Virus record (IMG/VR): IMGVR_UViG_3300012931_000759
Span: 276,393 to 340,392 of that record
Length of the DNA stretch: 64,000 nucleotides
Direction: 5' to 3' (one strand)
The position numbers were made by a program, and so were the translations under genes. Under the pieces are notes generated by a model. The model worked only from the letters and a program-made list of their open reading frames with translations. It was not told where the DNA came from and did not search any database. Positions 56,531-64,000 of the stretch are shown here, piece after piece (position 1 is the stretch's first letter; the number at the start of each line of letters is the position of its first letter).

Positions 56531-57727
56531 ATGCCGATCACGATTCAGAACCAGAGCCCAGCCAGCGGCGCCTCGGGCGTTTCCACGACCGTCGATGTCC
56601 AGATCGACGTCGTGAGGGCGGCGCCCGTATTACTTTTGGCCGAGATCCAGATATACATCGAGGGCGATTGGGCTTTCGATGGCGGGAGCGCGACGCCTTT
56701 TCATGGTCAATACGCCGGGCCCGGCTCATTAGTGTCCCCTGTGGCGGACGGATACCGCATCATCCTGGATCGTCTTACCCCGTATCGCGAGGAGTTCGTC
56801 AACGTACAGGTGAGGCAGACCGGACAGGGTCCAGTCGGCGGCTGGTCATTTCGCGTGGGCAACAGCCCGGTTAGCGATTTCTACTTCTCCGACGGCTACG
56901 GAATCCGCAGGCTACACATGAGGCAGCTGGTGGGCGAATGGAAACCGTACGAGAACGCAAACACCGACGGCTACGCTATGCCGATCATCCTATCTGCGGC
57001 GGTCACTCCGGGCTGGCCGAGCGACAATGTGCGCACAATGACCGGGGCTCGCCCCGACGGATACCTTTTTCTCGTGTCCAGCACGGAAGATGGCGTGGCT
57101 GTCACGCAGAACGAGACGGGCGGTCTGCGAATTTATTCAGATGGCTATGACACGCTGTCTGCGCACATGACCGCGCAGGGAACTTTGTACCTGATCAACA
57201 GGACATTGAATAGGCTGGAGGTGTACTATGGAGCCGATTACAGGACACCAAACCGCCCGCCTGATTTCTTCTACGACACATCTTCCACGCCAACGCTGCT
57301 CGATGGAAATTTGTCGGCCCTCCATATTGCTGAGGGAAGGTCGACCGTTCTCGTGGGAGGGACGCGATTGTACGTCGGCTGCTCGCGATATCCCGACGGA
57401 AGCGGGGGCGGCATCACGAAGATCGAGACGTACGACGCCCAGATCGACGGCTATTCGGAAGGCCATGACGGCTACGGTCGTTCGTATACATATGGTATCG
57501 CTGGCAGCCCGACGGATTTTCCGATCCTCGGGGGCAGTGTGCCGGATGTAGTGGCGGTCGATTCCAACGAAACTGAGGGAATCCTGTTTGTTGCGACCAA
57601 CGACGGCACAGAGGTCGGCGGAGGTCTTTCGCAGATGTCGATCTCCCGAAATGTCCTGCTCCTGTTCATGACCAAGGAAACCGGCCAACTACCCTCCAAT
57701 GTGATCAAGGATATTGCAGCTCCATAA
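56531..57727 (+). CDS. Putative virion protein, DGY-rich
   Basis: NQSPA Ig-like start, propeller-like repeats (PSDNVR, LPSNVI); seven DGY. Confidence 0.55.
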   Translation: MPITIQNQSPASGASGVSTTVDVQIDVVRAAPVLLLAEIQIYIEGDWAFDGGSATPFHGQYAGPGSLVSPVADGYRIILDRLTPYREEFVNVQVRQTGQGPVGGWSFRVGNSPVSDFYFSDGYGIRRLHMRQLVGEWKPYENANTDGYAMPIILSAAVTPGWPSDNVRTMTGARPDGYLFLVSSTEDGVAVTQNETGGLRIYSDGYDTLSAHMTAQGTLYLINRTLNRLEVYYGADYRTPNRPPDFFYDTSSTPTLLDGNLSALHIAEGRSTVLVGGTRLYVGCSRYPDGSGGGITKIETYDAQIDGYSEGHDGYGRSYTYGIAGSPTDFPILGGSVPDVVAVDSNETEGILFVATNDGTEVGGGLSQMSISRNVLLLFMTKETGQLPSNVIKDIAAP

Positions 57728-57824
57728 AAACAAATGGATGCGCCGGTGTGCGGGATGCCAGCCATGGCAATGTCGACCATTTCCGCCCCGGATGATTATC
57801 CGAGGATAGCAGAGGGGAAAACAG

Positions 57825-58112
57825 ATGGACAATGGCGAGGCGGCCAAGCTGGCCGAGTCGGTGCTGACTCGGAAGATGGAACTAGAAAGGCAGGGGCTCA
57901 AACCGCGCCTCGTCCTGCTTGGCAACAAGGCCTTCAAACTCCTGGAGGCGGATTGGCTGGAGGCTGCCGAGGCGCTCCCTTGGGGCGATTCACTCGCCTA
58001 CGAGCTGCGCATGCGCCGCGCTCAGCGTGGTACGATTTTTCTCGGCGACGGCAGCATATTCGGCCTGTGGGTGGTGAAAGTCGAAACGATCGAAGGGTTC
58101 CAGGTGTTCTGA
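57825..58112 (+). CDS. Hypothetical protein
   Basis: GAGG RBS; TGATG coupling with map. Confidence 0.6.
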   Translation: MDNGEAAKLAESVLTRKMELERQGLKPRLVLLGNKAFKLLEADWLEAAEALPWGDSLAYELRMRRAQRGTIFLGDGSIFGLWVVKVETIEGFQVF

Positions 58113-58870
58113 TGCTGATTCGTCTGAAAACACAGGAGGAGATCGAGGGATTCGCGAAAGCGGGTCGATTGGCGGCCAGAATTCTCGGCCAGCTGGCCGA
58201 GGAGGCCAAGCCTGGCGTTACGACAGGGTGGCTCGATAGGCTGGCCAGAGAGGCCTGCGTTGTGAGCGAGGCGGTGCCGGTGTTCCTCGGTTACCACGGT
58301 TTTCCTGCAGCCATATGCACCTCTATTGGAGAGGAACTGGTACACGGCATTCCGGGCGACCGGATCCTCCAGGAGGGCGATCTGCTGAAGATCGACATTG
58401 GCGTGGATCTGGACGGCTTCATCGGTGATACCGCTAATACTATCAGGGTCGGAAGGGCGCAGTCAGACGATCTGGACAGGATGTGCCTCGACTGCCACAC
58501 GGCGCTGCTGCGTGGTATTGCGGCCGCTAGATCGGGGTGCGATTTAGGCGATATTGGCGAGGAGATCAGTTGTGTCGCACGGCAAGGAGGCTGGAAGGTT
58601 GTTGTCAACTACGGCGGCCACGGCTTGGATCGCGGGGTGCTCCACGCGGATCCATTCGTGGACAACGTCAGGGCACGCACACTCCGGCTTCGTCCTGGCA
58701 TGGTGCTTGCTATCGAGCCAATGTTCGTTGCGGGACTCAATGCTGATACCAAGTTGGCTGCGGACGGGTGGACGGTGCTTGCAAGTGGTCCAACGGCACA
58801 TTTTGAATACAGTATTGTGGTCTCCGAATTTGGGGAACCACGTATCCTTACGAAGATGGGGGAAGAATGA
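58112..58870 (+). CDS. map: Methionine aminopeptidase type I
   Basis: FLGYHGFPAAICTS, VHGIP, GDLLKIDIG..GDTA, GGHG, LHADP, AIEPM, AHFE. Confidence 0.95.
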   Translation: MLIRLKTQEEIEGFAKAGRLAARILGQLAEEAKPGVTTGWLDRLAREACVVSEAVPVFLGYHGFPAAICTSIGEELVHGIPGDRILQEGDLLKIDIGVDLDGFIGDTANTIRVGRAQSDDLDRMCLDCHTALLRGIAAARSGCDLGDIGEEISCVARQGGWKVVVNYGGHGLDRGVLHADPFVDNVRARTLRLRPGMVLAIEPMFVAGLNADTKLAADGWTVLASGPTAHFEYSIVVSEFGEPRILTKMGEE

Positions 58871-59547
58871 GTAGACCATTGTTTGTCACGTTCGAGGGAG
58901 GGGAGGGTTCGGGGAAAACCACACAGTTGGGGCTGCTGTCTGCCTGGATGGCCAAGCTCAATATTCAGCACGTGGCGACGAAGGAACCAGGATCGCCGCA
59001 ATTGGGGGAGTGCGCGAAAATACGACAGTTACTGCTCGATCCTTCGAACGATCTCACGTCGTCGGCGGAGCTCATGCTTTTCCTCGCTGATCGCTCTCAG
59101 CATGTGGAAAAGCTGATCCGTCCCAGCCTGGCCATGGGACTTCATGTGATCTGCGACCGGTATGTCGATTCGACAAGAGTCTACCAAGGAGTCAGTCGGG
59201 GGATCGGCAGAAGTAGGCTCGACCCTATGCTCGAGTTTGTCACCGGTGGCCTGATGCCGGACCTGACATTTGTTTTCGATGTGCCGCCCGAGGTCGGCCT
59301 GGAGCGCGCCAAGGCCAAAGGGGCTGGCGGGGACCGTATAGAGCGAGAGGCGATCGAGTTCCACATGAAAGTCAGACAGGGGTTCCTAAAGCTGGCCGGT
59401 ACCTTGTCCGAACAGGGCAGGATCGTTCTCATCAACGCCGCGCCGCCCAAGACGGTGGAAGCCATTCACGCGGAGGTGGTTGCCCACATGTCCAGGAAAC
59501 TCTGGGTCGACGAGCCGACCGAGCAGGAGACGGACAAGGATGAGTAA
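58867..59547 (+). CDS. tmk: Thymidylate kinase
   Basis: TFEGGEGSGKTTQ, KEPG, ADRSQH, ICDRYVDST..YQG, PDLT. Confidence 0.96.
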   Translation: MSRPLFVTFEGGEGSGKTTQLGLLSAWMAKLNIQHVATKEPGSPQLGECAKIRQLLLDPSNDLTSSAELMLFLADRSQHVEKLIRPSLAMGLHVICDRYVDSTRVYQGVSRGIGRSRLDPMLEFVTGGLMPDLTFVFDVPPEVGLERAKAKGAGGDRIEREAIEFHMKVRQGFLKLAGTLSEQGRIVLINAAPPKTVEAIHAEVVAHMSRKLWVDEPTEQETDKDE

Positions 59548-60565
59548 TACCTGTATCGTGGTGTGCGACAAAAAGTACGATATCGGGACGCGTGTCGTCC
59601 TTTGGGGTGAGCCGGGCGGTCTGTGCGCCTACGACACCAAGGCGTACGAAACCCAGGATCGCAAAACTGGGGAGATCGTGGTGGTTAAGGGGAAGCGGTA
59701 CAAGTCGAGGCTCGCGCTCGGCGGAACGCCGAACCTGGAAAAGCTGAAGAAGATCGTGTGGCAGTTTGCTCTTCACCACTCCGGCCTGTACAGGTCGCGG
59801 GACACCTACGACACCCTCCAAGAACGTGGATTGTCCGTCCATTTTATACTGGACGACGATGGTACCCTCTACCAGTGCCTCGATGTGCGCGAGCGCGCCT
59901 ACCACATCGGGGGCAACAACGCCATGTCGATCGGCATCGAGATCGACTCTCGCGCTGCTGCCGGAAAATACCCTGACGCCTATGACGAGGTCCACCAGAA
60001 GAAGTACAAGGTCGGCCCGCGTAGAGTCAAAAGCGACACTATCCACGGCATGAAGATGAAGGGGTTCGAATACACCGACGGCCAGTATGCCACGCTGGCC
60101 AAGCTGGCTAAGAAACTGTTGGAGATCTTCCCTCTCATCCGGCCGGATTTTCCACGCGGCGCCGACGGAAGTGTCATTAAGATGGAGCTGAAGGATCCCA
60201 AGGCGTTCAAAGGTATCATCTGCCATTACCAGGTAACCAGTACCAAGATTGATCCTATCGCGTTCGACTACGACCGGTTCCTGATAGGCATCGGTACCAA
60301 CAAACTTGCCGTATCCGGCGGCGGCGGGGAGGAGCCGGAGGTCGAGACAGAGGAAGCGGTTCTGCCGCCAGCGGACCTGTCCACTTGGCTCGCGAGGCAG
60401 AAGGCTCTTAAGGCACTCGGCTACGATCCCGGAACTGTGGACGGCGTATTTGGGCCACACACGAAGGCCGCACTTCAGGCGTTCCAATCGGATCAAAGTC
60501 TCGATCCTGACGGAATCTGGGGCCCGAAGACCGAAGCCGTCATGCTAGCCACTATGGGGGAATAA
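59540..60565 (+). CDS. N-acetylmuramoyl-L-alanine amidase (Amidase_2) with C-terminal peptidoglycan-binding domain; candidate endolysin
   Basis: LHHS, SVHFILDDDGTLYQ, AYH.G..N..SIGIEI, ICHY..KIDP; LGYDPGTVDGVFGPHT..A...FQ...DGIWGPKT. Confidence 0.9.
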   Translation: MSNTCIVVCDKKYDIGTRVVLWGEPGGLCAYDTKAYETQDRKTGEIVVVKGKRYKSRLALGGTPNLEKLKKIVWQFALHHSGLYRSRDTYDTLQERGLSVHFILDDDGTLYQCLDVRERAYHIGGNNAMSIGIEIDSRAAAGKYPDAYDEVHQKKYKVGPRRVKSDTIHGMKMKGFEYTDGQYATLAKLAKKLLEIFPLIRPDFPRGADGSVIKMELKDPKAFKGIICHYQVTSTKIDPIAFDYDRFLIGIGTNKLAVSGGGGEEPEVETEEAVLPPADLSTWLARQKALKALGYDPGTVDGVFGPHTKAALQAFQSDQSLDPDGIWGPKTEAVMLATMGE

Positions 60566-62031
60566 TGCGGATTAAACTGGCCGGATTCAACATGGACATC
60601 GAGTTGGTCGGCAAGTTGGCTAACCTTACATCCGATGTCCTGACCCCCGAGACCATCTCGGCCGCCTATGCAAGGATCAGCCGTGATCCGAGGCCGGTTG
60701 ATGAGCTGCGCCAGGCGGCCATCGATGATGTTATCAAGGCGCGCGCCTCTAATGAGCAGATCGTTTTTGGCCTTGGCCACGCCTCGGTCGCCGAGCATGC
60801 GGTTTTCAATTTTGACATCATGGGTGTGTCCCGTTTGGCCATAGAGGCTGTTGAGCATGCTAGGTTGGTTAGTTTTACAGAAAAATCACAGCGCTACGTC
60901 AAGCTTGGCGAGGAGTTCGTAATGCCGCAGGAGGTTGTGGAGGCTGGTCTGGCGGAGCGTTTCCGGACCCTCGTAGCCGAACAGCACATGGCCTATATCG
61001 AGATCTTCAAGGCGATCTGCGACTATCTCCTGTCCAAGGCGCCAGGCGCCACAAAAGAGGAACAGAAAGCCATCGAGGGGAGAGCCAAGGAAGACGCGAG
61101 ATATGTCACATCGCTGGCAATCGAGGGACAGCTCGGGATGACCTGTAACGCTCGGAACCTAGAGCATATGATCCGCCGCCTCCTGTGCCATCCGCTCCAC
61201 GAGGCCAAAACTATAGGCGCGCTTCTCTACAGCGAAGCTCACATGGTGGCGCCATCGCTTCTCCGGTACCTGGAACCCACGCGGGAGAATCTTCAGGCGA
61301 TGCTCGATCTTCGCAAATTGGCGCAGGAGGTCTCAGCACCTGTGAAGGAGGCGGGATGGCCGGAGAACGGCGATTCGCCGGTGAGACTGCTGTCCTGGGA
61401 CGATGATGCTGACGTCAGGGTGATGGCGGCGCTAATTCATACCCATACAGGACTGGACATCGACAAGTGCGAACAGTGCGTCTGCTGCCTGGAACCGGAG
61501 CAGGAAGGCCGACTTCTCCAGGCTGTGTTCGGATCACTTCAGTCGTGGGATGCGGTTCCGCGAGCTTTCGAACTCGCGGATTTCCAGTACGAGCTGGCCG
61601 TATCCGCGTCCTGTTTTGCCCAGCTGAAGCGGCACCGGATGGCTACGCTGTTACCACAGGGATACGATCCTTTCCTAGGTTACACGGTTCCCTCCTCTGT
61701 GCTGGATTCCGGTATGGAGGATAGGTTCAAGGAGATTATGGACGCGAGTGCGGCCATGTGTGGCGAGTTGAGACGCCGAGGATTTCCATCTGCCGCTCCC
61801 TACGCACTCACACAGGCGCACAGGCGACGCGTTGTCGTCAAAATGAACGCTAGGGAGCTGTACCATTTCAGCAGGCTGCGCCAGGATCGCCATGCGCAGT
61901 GGGACATCCGCGCGGTGGCTGACTTGATGGTTACCGCAGCCAAGAAGGCCTGCCCGCTGACGATGTCCCTTGCTTGCGGCAAGGACGAGTTCGAATCCCA
62001 GAAGGCGGCGGCCTTGGCAGAGGAAACATGA
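60565..62031 (+). CDS. thyX: FAD-dependent thymidylate synthase (long two-domain form)
   Basis: GHASVAEHA, SFTEKSQRYV, EDARY, NARNL, QLKRHRM, MNARELYH..RLR...HAQWDIR. Confidence 0.92.
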   Translation: MRIKLAGFNMDIELVGKLANLTSDVLTPETISAAYARISRDPRPVDELRQAAIDDVIKARASNEQIVFGLGHASVAEHAVFNFDIMGVSRLAIEAVEHARLVSFTEKSQRYVKLGEEFVMPQEVVEAGLAERFRTLVAEQHMAYIEIFKAICDYLLSKAPGATKEEQKAIEGRAKEDARYVTSLAIEGQLGMTCNARNLEHMIRRLLCHPLHEAKTIGALLYSEAHMVAPSLLRYLEPTRENLQAMLDLRKLAQEVSAPVKEAGWPENGDSPVRLLSWDDDADVRVMAALIHTHTGLDIDKCEQCVCCLEPEQEGRLLQAVFGSLQSWDAVPRAFELADFQYELAVSASCFAQLKRHRMATLLPQGYDPFLGYTVPSSVLDSGMEDRFKEIMDASAAMCGELRRRGFPSAAPYALTQAHRRRVVVKMNARELYHFSRLRQDRHAQWDIRAVADLMVTAAKKACPLTMSLACGKDEFESQKAAALAEET

Positions 62032-62164
62032 GTATTTTGGCGAAAATCCTAGAAATGGCGGGGAGATACGAGTCCATAGTGTTGTGGTTGCTTGGGAATT
62101 TTCCGCCAATTGTCGACCAACTCTCTGTTTTGTCGATATTCTTTTCATAGCGCGGGAGGAAACC

Positions 62165-62362
62165 ATGGGCAAAGTCCTGGAGTTCGAGTTCGATGGCGGG
62201 GGAATGTTGCGCTTCGAGCTTTTGGTGGACGGCAGGCTGATCATCCGTCTTCAGGCCGCGCATCCAGGCGAAGGGTTGAAGATCACCTCCACCTCGGTCG
62301 CGGTGGACCCAGGAAAGGTCGAGGTGATCCAAGCTTGGCTCGCCCGAGGAGGTGCCGAATGA
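62165..62362 (+). CDS. Hypothetical protein
   Basis: GGAGG RBS; ATGA overlap downstream. Confidence 0.55.
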   Translation: MGKVLEFEFDGGGMLRFELLVDGRLIIRLQAAHPGEGLKITSTSVAVDPGKVEVIQAWLARGGAE

Positions 62363-62931
62363 GCTGGACTGCCGACAGGGAACGGCTCCAAGCTGAGGTG
62401 CGCAAGCTGGACCCGGCCATCCGTCTCACGACGAAGAATTCGTGGTTTTGGAAGGTGTTGGCCTGGATCCTGTTCATCATGAGTTTCGGTAAGTTTAAGT
62501 ACAAGGATTTCCTTACCCGTTTCGCTACCACACTGGGCCATGTCCAGGCCTATCCGAAGGAGTGGAATACGGCATCAGTCGAAAGGGTGATGATCCACGA
62601 GAGTCGCCATAGCTGGCAGGCCAGGATTTGTGGATTTGGCATCCATCCCATAGTCGGTCTGCCAATCATGGCCATCCTTTACGGTTTCCTTCTTTTCCCT
62701 GTGTTGCTGGCGGTCTTCAGGGTCTGGTTTGAACTCGACGCCGACAGGGCGTATTGGCGTTACGGCCTGGCGAACAGAACCATGAGTGCGGACGGGGTGC
62801 GTTGGCGCGCGCAATCGTTCGCTGAGACGATCTCCAGTCCGGCATACATGTGGTCCATTTGGCGCAGATTCGCAGTATGGTGGTTCGGGCGCACAGCAGA
62901 GAAGGTGATCGCGGAGCGATCGAACATATGA
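62359..62931 (+). CDS. Membrane-associated HExxH (zincin-like) protein
   Basis: MIHESRH...FELDA; two hydrophobic segments. Confidence 0.55.
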   Translation: MSWTADRERLQAEVRKLDPAIRLTTKNSWFWKVLAWILFIMSFGKFKYKDFLTRFATTLGHVQAYPKEWNTASVERVMIHESRHSWQARICGFGIHPIVGLPIMAILYGFLLFPVLLAVFRVWFELDADRAYWRYGLANRTMSADGVRWRAQSFAETISSPAYMWSIWRRFAVWWFGRTAEKVIAERSNI

Positions 62932-64000
62932 AGACATACGACCTGGCGGTTGTCGGAGCCGGGCTTGCCGGTACCATGGCTGCGGTTGCCGCAGTCGAAG
63001 CCGGTCTGGACACCGTGGTGCTCGAAAAGGGGCATGGTCCGGGTGATCGCCGCAATTTGGTCAACGGATGGCTAGGACGGGCGCTGTACACAATGACCCG
63101 TCTCGATGTCGGAAACATCTGCCTCGAACCAAGAAGTGTGGCTGCGTTCAATACGGTGTTTGAGCTTTGCCGTGACGCCAACGGTGGAAAGCTGGAGAGG
63201 CACTTGGGCGGCAGTCACATCCTATCCGAGGATCTTCCCCTACAGGCGCTTGCGAGGTTGTATTACTCTGCCGACGCCGAGTGTGGCCGAGAACTGGCAC
63301 AGCGCCTCCACAAGCGGCTGCTTGTGCCGGGGAAGACCGATCTCCTGTTTGGAGCCGAGGTAGAACGCGCGGAATGGGATGGGAGCCGTTTTTTGCTCCA
63401 CACTAGGCGCGGCAGGTTGGCGGCCGCGCGATGTATGGTGGCAACAGGTGGACATTCGGCCGAATGGATTCGTCTCCTTTGCGCGTCGGTTGGCATTGAA
63501 CCTGCCGCCGCCCATGCCAGGCTCGGGGTTCGGGTTGAGGTGCCCGAGAGACTGCTCCGCACGTTCCTCAGGGTGGCAGGCGATCTCTGCTTGTCCAACG
63601 GCGACGTTGTGATGGACGACATGAGAGTCGGCTCCATGGTCGGCGATCGCGAGGATGAGGGGCTCTTGTCGGCGTTTGCCCACACGCTGTCGGGTCACCG
63701 AGCTGAGCGGATAAGTTTTATGGTCAGCCTGGATTTCGGGACGGATCTCTCCGAATTGGCTAGGATCGTCAGGATTGTGAACATCCTCTCGAACGACAAG
63801 GTAAAGCGCGAGAGGGCGGCGGATTTCGTGGACGGCCACAGTGCCCTGAAGCATGTAGAGCAGTTCGACCCCGTGCGCGCAGCGCTGCGGGATCTTGATC
63901 GAATGGTGCCCTCCCTCCTTGGATACGCTACTGTCTATATCCCGGAGATGAGGATCGGCGGGGTTCTTCCGGTCGATGAGAAGATGAGAACAGCTTTCTC
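62928..64000 (+). CDS. FAD-dependent oxidoreductase (truncated at window end; absent from the ORF track)
   Basis: ATG 62928 translates to MKTYDLAVVGAGLAGTMAA...VLEKG (GxGxxG), later VATGG; appears open to the window end. Confidence 0.8.
   Translation, partial: MKTYDLAVVGAGLAGTMAAVAAVEAGLDTVVLEKGHGPGDRRNLVNGWLGRALYTMTRLDVGNICLEPRSVAAFNTVFELCRDANGGKLERHLGGSHILSEDLPLQALARLYYSADAECGRELAQRLHKRLLVPGKTDLLFGAEVERAEWDGSRFLLHTRRGRLAAARCMVATGGHSAEWIRLLCASVGIEPAAAHARLGVRVEVPERLLRTFLRVAGDLCLSNGDVVMDDMRVGSMVGDREDEGLLSAFAHTLSGHRAERISFMVSLDFGTDLSELARIVRIVNILSNDKVKRERAADFVDGHSALKHVEQFDPVRAALRDLDRMVPSLLGYATVYIPEMRIGGVLPVDEKMRTAF

Noticed and set aside
56523-56540. GACCAATA as a fifth promoter-motif copy (also TGTCGATA near 62131)
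   Set aside because: Neither has RCAT at the fixed spacing, and the first runs straight into the start codon.
45188-57727. Diversity-generating retroelement or DNA-level repeats behind the paralogous structural genes
   Set aside because: No reverse transcriptase and no near-identical TR/VR pair; similarity is at protein level with synonymous divergence.
1-64000. CRISPR array, tRNA, rRNA, transposase/integrase, or alternative genetic code
   Set aside because: None recognised by eye; standard-code ORFs tile the window and end in all three stop codons.

Overview
All credible genes in this 64 kb window lie on the + strand, tightly packed with many ATGA/TGATG/TAATG overlaps. The window most resembles a segment of a large (jumbo) bacteriophage genome: free-standing GIY-YIG and HNH endonucleases, three inteins, a class II RNR, ThyX/Tmk, PhoH, a stand-alone sigma factor, a tubulin/FtsZ-family protein beside a UvsW-like/DnaC/DnaB replication block, and a run of beta-rich putative virion proteins. 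No capsid, portal or terminase gene is visible, so the phage call is an inference. Modules in order: (1) 1-23.9 kb, a glycan-synthesis cluster with about 11 glycosyltransferase-like genes, 3 methyltransferases, a dTDP-3-amino-3,6-dideoxyhexose pathway and a GDP-fucose pathway, but no flippase, polymerase or lipid-carrier enzyme; (2) 24-30.5 kb, tubulin plus replication genes; (3) 30.6-38.2 kb, prkA(intein)-HNH-yeaH-spoVR-SLOG-sigma; (4) 38.2-45.1 kb, nrdJ with two inteins, hypotheticals and PIN-PhoH; (5) 45.2-57.7 kb, paralogous structural-type proteins strongly enriched in an Asp-Gly-Tyr motif; (6) 57.8-64 kb, map, tmk, amidase, thyX and an FAD oxidoreductase truncated by the window end. The most notable observations are an RNR intein ending in Ser-Arg-Gly instead of His-Asn, the DGY motif enrichment near a self-contained glycosylation cluster, a recurring intergenic motif TRYCAATA-N5-RCAT, a four-hairpin candidate RNA at about 1643-1793, and an intein in PrkA. 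All calls were made by eye; no searches were run.
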